From Balanoglossus misakiensis (taxonomy: Eukaryota; Animalia; Hemichordata), in the NCBI GenBank assembly GCA_040954595.2, contig JBECUI020000044.1:1-64000 (forward strand): 64,000 nucleotides of DNA, read 5' to 3'. A program made the position numbers and the translations under genes. Shown in pieces: positions 55,239 to 64,000 of the stretch. Positions within the stretch are counted from its first letter, which is position 1; each line of letters opens with the position of its first letter. The notes beneath the pieces were generated by a model that worked only from the letters and a program-made list of their open reading frames with translations, was not told where the DNA came from and did no database searches.

Positions 55239-58200
55239 CTACCCTTCTTCTAGTAGCCGGTTTTTTATCAGCTTAAAGTCTATTTTCCCGCTACCTAATT
55301 TTGGAATGCTACTGACGATTTTAAGCTCTGATGGGATCAGAAGCGGGCTTGTCCCTGCGTCAAGCATCGACTTTCTTAATGCCGAAAATTGAAATTCCTT
55401 CGCAACTATCAGTACTATTTTTTCACCCTTTTTATCATCAGGCAAGTTTATGGCGACTAATTCCAAATCAGATTGATTAAGGATGTTTCGCACAGCTTCT
55501 TCTACCGCAGCTAAACTTATCATTTCTCCGCCTAGTTTTGCAAAGCGCGAATAACGGTCTAGTATCGTCAGAAAACCATCTTCATCCAAATGACCTTTAT
55601 CACCTGTTTTGTACCAACGCTTGCCTTTTATTGTGACGATACTTTCCCGGGTCTTTTCGGGGTCATGCAAATAACCCTGCATAATTTGCGGCCCCCCTAT
55701 CAATATTAGGCCATTTTCACCGACTGCTAACTCTTTAAGTGATTGTGGGTCCACTATCTTAAAACTGGTGCCCGGCAAAGGCATGCCGACTGTGCCGTGC
55801 TTATTGCCGACTTGCAAAGACCAATCATTCATATTGATTGCATTAGGAACATTGACGCTTGCAACAGGCGCTGTCTCAGTTGTACCGTAGCCTTCATAGA
55901 CGTCTTTGTTGAATTTGAGCTTAAACGCTTGATGAATATCGGCGCTGAGTTTTTCTGCTCCTGCAACAACAATGCGTAGCGATTCCAGCATTAATGGATG
56001 GACGTGATGATTATTGATATATAGGCGAAGGAATGTGGGTGTGCCAAATAAAATAGTCGCACGGTATTTGGAGATTGCTCTAGCAATATTAGCCGAGTCT
56101 GTAGGGTCTGCATGGCAAATTATTGGAATGCCCTCAATGATAGGCATAAGCGTTGCGACTGTTAGCCCAAAGGCATGAAACAAAGGCAGTCCTGCCATGA
56201 GGACATCATTGTCTTGAACGTTTAATGTATCCGATACCTGTTTTAAGTTTGTCATAACATTGCGATGACTAAGCCTCACACCCTTAGGTGCACTCTCACT
56301 GCCACTGGAAAATAGAATTAAAGCAGACGAATCGGGTTTTGCCCTTTTGCAATAAAGCAACTTCAATAGCCATGCTGGGGCAGCTGTAGCCATTATTATG
56401 CTTTGCAGGTATGTCAATTTATCAATCTCGACTTTCATGTCTTCCAAGTAGATATATCGGCTATCGGGGAAGGCGACCCCAAGCTTGATTCCTCTTTTTG
56501 TTAGTCCCTCAATAAATTTGCGAGAACTGTAGATCGTTTTTATCTCTGCTTTGGCTGCCACATGTTGTAAAGTTTCGCAGTCGGAAGTAAAGTTTAGGTT
56601 GACAACCGTCTTGCCCTGAATAATCGCTGCCATGTTAGCGATACAGCCACCGTTACTTGACGGCAACAACAAGCCCACGTTTTGCTCAGGAGAATATTTT
56701 TTTATTAACCGGGAAAAGCAAATCACAGCTGCTAAAAATTTATTTTTGGCTAAAGGCCCGGTAATGGAATCCGTAACCATTAACCTCCCCCTGTCGCAGC
56801 TTGCCGAGTCTATGAACGCATAACCGATAGGAGGTAAACTGTCAGCATAGCGCTCCCAAGAATAGAGAGATAGATCGAAGATTGTTTTCTTCACAGTTGC
56901 AGCTGCAGTGTCAATAGGAAGCGGTTCGCCAAAGGCTACGACAATATCACTTTTCATATTGTTACCGTGCGGCTTCTTTAGTTTTTTGTTGGAGTATGAA
57001 AACCCGTTTCCCCATAAACCTCGCAGATGAAATGGAAGGATAGTCGCATTGACATGTTTTACCGCTTTTTCAAAACCATTTTGAAATTTTGCCAATTTCC
57101 CAGTTCGGCTTATTGTGCCTTCGGGAAACAAACAGACCACATTGCCGTCGTTTAGGGTTTGATTAATTGCCTTTAGTGATGAATGTGTTAGGTTTGTAGA
57201 AAGCGGGATGACATTGAGGGTATTGAGAAACCATTTCAGGTGCCAACGCTCGTAAATACTGCGAACCATAACGAAGCGGATAGGTCGCGGTGAAGCCACT
57301 TGAATGATGCCCCAGTCGATCCAGCTGATATGATTCCCCAACATCAACACCCCTCCTTTTTCAGGTAAGTTTTGCAGTCCCAATACTTGGAGTCGGTATC
57401 GGCAACCGATGATATGGCTAATGATGAAACGAACTAACGACTGCGGCAGTTTCCAGATAGTGAAAATAGTGTTGGCAAGAATCGCCAAAAATAATAATGA
57501 AAATATGCCCGCACTGCTTACGTTACATAGGGAAAGTAAGATCGCTAACCCAAGAAAAATTAGCATGACAGTACTCTGTATTAGATTATTACTTGCAAGA
57601 ATGCGCCCTAGCTCATCTCCTCTTGCATGAAATTGTATCAAGGCGTTTAAGGAAGTAATGAGAAACCCGCCAAATAAGCCCCAAGCTAAAAAATTGATTG
57701 CCTGTAAATATATATGGTTAAGATTGGGCAAAATAAATATACAAAACGTGATGCCGATTAAGCCGATTGGAATCATACTTGTTTCGATGTGTGTTTTTGA
57801 AACACACCCTGTTATGATTGATCCCAACATAATGCCTATGCCTGCAAATGCCATTGTCCCCTGAATAGCAACGGTATTAGTGATGTCCATTGCATCTTTG
57901 GCATAGGCAGGAAATGTTGTTAGCATCACTTGTGATATTGCCCAAAATACGGATAACCCAATAACGGACAAGAGAATGACATTGTTACTTTGCACCGCAC
58001 GTATATTTGTTTTGAGATACAGGCCTTTTCTATATGCCTCCCACTTAAATATTAATGTCTTGTTGGGGGACTTTTTCTGCGGCAGGGTATAGGCGAAACC
58101 TAGTTCAAACAGACTAAAAATGACCAATCCCCAGCCAATGGGCGCGATGCTTTGTAGTAACGTGGATGGACTGTCATAGTTTACGCCTGCCAGAAACCCC

Positions 58201-58687
58201 TCAAACAATATTGAGAACACAAAAAGACCAGATAAAATGGCAGCTGTTGTCGTTGCTTGCACCAAGCCGTTTGCCCTAGCCAAACATTCTTTCCCAGCTA
58301 GTTCTTTGATATAGCCGTATTTGGCAGGGAATAAAACGCGCTTTGTACCGCCAAAACAAAAGTCATTGTAAGAGCAGGCCAAAACCAGCCTAAGTAATAA
58401 AACAAGGTAATGCATAACGTTATGATGACAGCTATCCAAGCACTTAATTGCAGCACTTTATTTCTGGGAAACCTATCTGAACAGAAGCCGGCGGGCGATA
58501 TGATTAATATAAAAGGCAAAAGAATAAGTGCGTTGACAACAGCTGTTAAAACGATCTGCTGTTGCCCTTCATAGACTTTGAATAAGGTGTTTTGAATAAT
58601 GATCTTATGCCCTAAATCGACAAAGGCATTGAGAAATACCACTACAAGATAAGGCAAGAATCCCGGGAGATTGGATAAGGAGGTCAA
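55239..58687 (-). CDS. aas: MFS-acyltransferase-acyl-ACP synthetase fusion (Aas/LplT type; frameshift near 58330)
   Basis: NAFVDLGHKI (MFS), NHISWID and FPEG (PlsC), FSSGSESAPKG, EGYGTTE, WYKTGD and RFAKLGGEM (AMP-binding). Confidence 0.9.
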
Positions 58688-58785
58688 GAATTTACCTCAT
58701 AGTTATTATTTGGATTGGCGATGATTGTAAAGTTATAAAAATGGCCCGTTTAGCCAGATATTATTCTTAGCTAAGCACACTTGTT

Positions 58786-59370
58786 TCATTCTTTTAATTC
58801 CAACAACATAAAATCTACATTGTTTTTCCATAATTTAGAACGTTCCAGTTGCAATTTATCAGGGTCTTTATACGGCCCAATGCGAACACGATAACGAACA
58901 TCTTGGCCGTTTATGACAACTCGTTGAATGTTTGCGCTTACCCCTGTTAAGGCGAGTTTTGCTTTCATCTTATCGGCGGTCTCAAATTTATTAAATGACC
59001 CGACCTGAAGTATAAACAAGGCAGGCTGTTGTTCTTTCTTTTTGTTTGTATCTTTATATGAAATAGCTTCCCATTCGGATAGACTGGCTTCTTTGCTGGG
59101 CAATATCTTATAAAAATCGAATTGTGGCTTATACAATTCTATGGCATCCCCATCCGCCTCATCAGGTTCTTTATTTTTGACTGTAGTATTCTCCTCCGGC
59201 AATGAAGTAGCTGTCTTTGGCATGTCATGAGCGATATTATTAAAATAGAATATAAGCGCCACTGACAGCCCTATTGCTAATCCGCTAAGAAAAGAAAGCG
59301 ATTTTTTGAAATAAGTTGCCAACAGATTATGCGGCTTTCTTCTGCTGGCATGTTTATAGTCTCTCGGCAT
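58786..59370 (-). CDS. SPOR-domain cell division protein (FtsN-like)
   Basis: MPRDY, one TM, FDFYKILP, LQVGSF, RYRVRIGP; follows argS. Confidence 0.85.
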   Translation of the reverse strand: MPRDYKHASRRKPHNLLATYFKKSLSFLSGLAIGLSVALIFYFNNIAHDMPKTATSLPEENTTVKNKEPDEADGDAIELYKPQFDFYKILPSKEASLSEWEAISYKDTNKKKEQQPALFILQVGSFNKFETADKMKAKLALTGVSANIQRVVINGQDVRYRVRIGPYKDPDKLQLERSKLWKNNVDFMLLELKE

Positions 59371-61116
59371 TTACATAGCCTCCGGAGAAATCCACACCTA
59401 ACACGGTCAGCCATTTTGTATAACCCATCTTGCCGCTTCTATTAAAGCGAGCCTAGCCCCTCTTATGGCATGATCTTCAACTAGGAATCGATTGGCATTG
59501 TAGTAGGCGTGGAAATCGTTAGCCAGATGCTGTAGATAGTAAGCAAGCTGGTGTGGTTCGTAAGCAAGCGCTGCACTTTCTATGATGCCGGGATAGCGAG
59601 AAAGCGTTGCGAGCAATTTTATTTCATATGGTTCTGTAAGCACCGATAAATTAGATAGTGCTTGGGTTCTATCATAATGACAGCCTTTCTCTGATATTTG
59701 CTGAAATACGCGACATATTCTTGCATGGGCATATTGTATATAATAGACCGGATTGTCACTCGAGGTCGATTTAGCTAGCTCTAGGTCAAAGTTTAAATGT
59801 TGATCGCTCTTTTTCATTATGTAGAAAAATCGCGCGGCATCTCTGCCTACCTCACTTTGCAACCCCCTAAGAGTGACAAACTTTCCCGAGCGTGTGGACA
59901 TTTGTATTTTCTCTTTCCCTCGATAGAGGGTTGCAAATTGTACAAGCAGAATCTCCAGAGAATCTTGGGTAGCTCCGAGCGCTTTTATCGCCGCTTTTAT
60001 CCTTGCTATGTAACCATGATGATCAGCTCCCCATATATTGATAATCTTTTTATAACCGCGCTTAATTTTTTCGTGATGATATGCAATGTCGGAAGCAAAA
60101 TAAGTTGTTTCCCCGTTCTTTCTTACCAATACCCCTGTCTTTTTCATCACCTAATTTGCTAGAACGGAACCATAAAGCCCCTTCTTTTTGATAAGTCCAC
60201 CCTTCTTTAGTTAGGTTAAGAATGCATCTGTTAACCGCCTCGTTTGCCAGCAATGAACATTCCGAGAACCAAGTCGTGAATTCAATACCGAAGTCATGTA
60301 GGTCGTTTTTGATATCACCCAAAATTGACTCCAAGCCTGCATCAAAAATAATACGATAATCTTTTTCGCCAAGCTCATCGATGCAGTATGTTATTAACCT
60401 CCTGATTGTTGTTTCATTATCTTCGTCGAGCAAAGCCAGTGCCGTTTTGACGGGTTTAACGAATCTTGCAGCATAATCCTTATGTAATGTGGTCGCTATA
60501 TCACGAATATAATCGCCGTGATAAATACCGTTTGGGAAAGGGGTCTCCTGATCGTAATGCTGTAGATAGCGCAACCAAATGCTCACCGTCAGGATATCCA
60601 TCTGATGACCTGCATCATTTACGTAATACTCGCAGTCTACAGTAAAACCAGTCTTTCTAAGTAAGTTGGCAACGACTGCACCATATGCAGCACCGCGTCC
60701 ATGCCCAATATGCAATGGCCCCGTTGGATTTGCGGAGACGAATTCAAGTAAAGTAGGCATGCCTGCGCCAATATCGGAATCTCCGTATTGTTCTGCTTTA
60801 TCTAGGATTTCAACGATAGTGGATTGGTACGCGCTGTCTCTTATAAAAAAATTGATAAAACCAGGGCCTGCAATTTCAACACGCTTTAATATGTCGGCGT
60901 CAGGAAGATGACTGATGATGTGTTTGCTAATTTACGCGGAGAAGCTTTGGCTGCCCCGCTCAAAACCATAGCAATATTAGAAGAGAAGTCGCCATGTTCT
61001 GGGGCGCGCGCAGTTTCAATCTTTATATTAAATTGCGTGATCGCAGGTATTATCTCTTTAGAGAGGAGTGTTCTTAGAGAAGAGGCGAGCAGTTTCTTTA
61101 TTTGTTCTTCTAACAT
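59371..61116 (-). CDS. argS: Arginine--tRNA ligase (several frameshifts)
   Basis: [64 protein letters not shown]. Confidence 0.95.
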
Positions 61117-61143
61117 TATTTATGTGTTTTTTTAGTATGTAAT

Positions 61144-63178
61144 CTAAGTTATATCTTGTGGATCGATATCCAAGGACCAACGCACCTTCTTTCCATCCTT
61201 TGAGTTTTCCAATTCCAGTAACCATTCGTCTAAATAGGCGTGCAAGATTTTCTGCTTGCCGATTGTATAACCAGTTGGTAACGATAACGCCCACTACGCT
61301 TTTCAACCAGAGCGGGAATAGGACCAAATAATGATAATGTTTCTTTGTCTGCGATTTGAGTTAGTTTTGAGGCGGCATTTTTTATGAATCTTCTTACATT
61401 ATCAACATTATGCTCTTCGGCTTTCAAAAGAGCCATATAGGAATAAGGAGGCAATGAGGCGCTGCTCCTTTCATGTAAAAGAGATTGAGCAAAATCATAA
61501 TATCCGGACCGAATAAGCTTTTGGAATAATGGATGTTTAGGGTTGTATGTTTGCACCACAACAACGCCTTCTTTATGCTCCCTCCCACCACGGCCGCTAA
61601 TTTGCATGAAAAGTTGGGCTAATCTTTCGCTGGCACGAAAGTCAGTCGAGAATAACCCTCTATCTGCGTCAACGATACCGGTGAGCGTGATGTTTGGAAA
61701 GTGATGTCCCTTCGTAAGCATTTGCGTGCCAATCATAATGTCAATTTTATTGGCTAATATTTCTTCCACATAGTTTTTCATCGCATCCTTTTTTCTTGTG
61801 GTATCACGATCTATCCTTAAAATCTTTGCTTTTGGAAATAAATCCGTGAGTATCTCTTCAATGCGCTCGGTGCCGTGACCTAGCAATAACAACGATGATT
61901 GACCACATTTAGGACAACGCCTAATATTTTTCTTGCTTGAATCGCAACGATGACAGGTTAAATAATTATTAGATTTTTGATACGTATAAGGATATTCGCA
62001 TCGTTTACATGTGGCGTTCCAGCCGCAGTAATGACAATATAAATGTACTGCATAACCTCTGCGGTTTAGAAATAACAGCACTTGATTTTTGTTGTCTAAA
62101 TGTTTGGCGATGTCGTCAATTAATGCCTGCGAAAGAGGGCCATACATTTTGTTGCCGCGTATGTCTAATAACCGATATTTTGGTGGCTTTGCATGACCTG
62201 CCCTAGAAGGTAAGACTAAACGGCGATAACGATTTTTCTTTACGTTATAAAGCGTCTCAAATGAAGGTGTTGCCGAACTGAGTATCGCGGGTATCTTATC
62301 ACGTGTTGCCCGAGTGACTAGCATATCCCTTGCTGAATAATGAAAACTATCTTGTTGTTTGTAAGAGAGGTCATGTTCTTCATCAATAATATAAAGCCCC
62401 GGATTGCAAGCGGGAGCCAAATAGCAGAGCGTGTCCCCAGCACTATTTTGGCCTTACCTGTATTAGCCGCATACCAGTGTTTTGCCCGTTCAAGTTCAGT
62501 CAGCGCCGAATGTTGTATCGCTATATCAGTATCAAAGCGACTTTTGAAGCGCTGTATTTGTTGGTATGTCAGTCCGATTTCAGGCATAAAAACAAGACAT
62601 TGTTTCCCCGCCTTTATGACAGCCTCTATCACAGATAGATAGACCTCGGTTTTGCCGCTACCAGTTAGCCGTCAAGAAGAAATATCTCAGTACCATTTAC
62701 CGCCACCTTTTTTAATATTGTTGCAATGACTGATTGTTGATCTTTATTTAATACGAAAGGAGGTTTTGTGATATCTATCGGCTTATTGAAAAGCTTATCA
62801 GAGCCAAATTTCTGTTGTAATTTTTCTAATGTATTTCCCTTTCTTTAGCCATGCTGGTAACGCCCCAGTCATTACTTTTCCTATTGGGTAGTGGTAGTAA
62901 TTACTTGCCCAGATAAGAAAATCCATGTGCTTATCGCTTAATATAGGCTGTTCATCAATGATGCGCTCTACTTTTCTTAATTTGTTTTGCGGACAACTGT
63001 TTTTTTTTGGTTATTGCCACTAAGATTCCACCATTTTCTTATTTCTAAAGGGCACTAATACACGTACCCCGGGACGACAATGGTCAATTTTATGGGGGTC
63101 AGGCGGAAGATAATCAAACAGATGTCGCAATGACACTGCTATAGCAACACGTAAGATAACGAAATCTTTTATGGTCAT
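61144..63178 (-). CDS. priA: Primosomal protein N' (several frameshifts)
   Basis: LRHLFDY, TGSGKTEVY, PEIGLT, DEEHD.SYKQ, SATPS, LNRRGY plus Cys motifs, GTQMLTKGHHF, DIDP. Confidence 0.93.
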
Positions 63179-63227
63179 ATAGTTCCTGGGGGTATAGAGC
63201 TTGAAGGTTAGTAGCGCGCCTATATGT

Positions 63228-64000
63228 TTATGCCGGTTGAATAAAAATCTTATTCAAAATATTTCTGAGATGGGCACCACTTTTTTCGCAGGATCCTGTA
63301 AAGGCGCAGTTTTCTTGTTTCATCCCAGCATCCTGTTTTGGTGCTTTCTCTGATCTAAATACTTCAAAGATAGCGTTGGGGTTATCGGCATTCGCAATTT
63401 GCCCAGTTATCGGTTCAATACGCACATTGACAAGATCATTCGGCCTTTCCATAACCGAACTTGGTACATCCTTAAGAGCAATCTTCATATAATCGATCAC
63501 ATAGGAAGAGCAGCTCGCGCACCTGTTTCACGATTGCCAAGCGGTTTAAAATCATCAAATCCAACCCAGCTTACCGCAACAATCTTAGAATTAAATCCTG
63601 AAAACCAAGCATCACGCTGATCATTTGTCGTGCCTGTTTTACCTGACAGGTCGGTACGATTAAGTTTCAAGGCGCGCCTTCCCGTACCGCGTTTTATAAC
63701 GTCTCTTGTCATTGAGTTCATGATCCAAATATTGCGTGCATCAATAACACGAGGAGCGTATTTTGAGTCGTCCTCTTCGTTTGTTTGAGTAATCGTACCC
63801 TCCGTTTCTGCTCACTGATAGTGGGCATACCTTGTTTATCGTTGATGCATGTATTGCACACTATCGTCGGCTCGGCTCGGAAAATGATTTCGTTATTATG
63901 AGTGCTAATTTCATTTATGTAATAGGGCTTAGTTAGAAAACCACCGTTGGCAAAGACGCTGTAAGCCGATGCCATTTCCCATGGTGTTACCTCCGCGCTT
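63228..64000 (-). CDS. mrcA: Penicillin-binding protein 1A, C-terminal part (5' end outside the window; frameshifted)
   Basis: EVTPWEMASAYSVFANGG, DVIKRGTG, GKTGTTNDQRDAWFSG, WVGFD, ETGARAALP. Confidence 0.88.

Noticed and set aside
59371-63178. Pseudogenisation of argS and priA (also ribH, thiL, aas, mrcA)
   Set aside because: Small indels, often in homopolymers, within otherwise conserved and normally essential genes point to consensus errors.
63200-63225. Sigma32-like motif CTTGAA-N13-CCTATAT on + upstream of priA, where rpmE usually lies
   Set aside because: No downstream + strand gene and an imperfect -10; could be chance.

Overview
Gammaproteobacterial chromosome segment in two parts. 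(1) Positions 1-27036 hold two tandem, paralogous giant secreted adhesin-like genes. Gene A starts before the window and ends at 14530; gene B spans 14790-27036 (about 4,080 aa). Both are built from a repeated stalk unit (Ig-like domain, LDLD...ALRYQD cadherin-like domain, MKVGDTVTL beta-sandwich) and end in a type I secretion C-terminal target domain. The LDLD domain has one fixed site that is either empty (3 cases) or filled with a cassette of exactly seven LVIVD-type repeats, a predicted 7-bladed beta-propeller (8 cases). The propeller scaffolds are near-invariant while two loops per blade are highly variable, blades are mosaic between the two genes, and gene A carries an out-of-frame G14 tract. 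I consider this modular, apparently recombination-diversified multi-propeller adhesin the best candidate for an undescribed system. (2) Positions 27.1-64 kb are mostly housekeeping: CbbY-like HAD, tRNA-Met, MTI/MTA phosphorylase, hpt, DUF815 ATPase, yciI, bolA, dapE, glyA, rib genes-nusB-thiL, metA, a Ser/Thr kinase-cNMP/receiver/MBL cluster around tRNA-Gly, thiSG, trmB, tRNA-Phe, yggX-mutY-asmA-argH, algZR, gshA, hspQ, terB-like, aas, SPOR, argS, priA and mrcA. Many frameshifts, including in normally essential genes such as argS and priA, are most likely long-read consensus errors, so pseudogene status cannot be inferred. All calls come from reading the sequence; no database searches were run.
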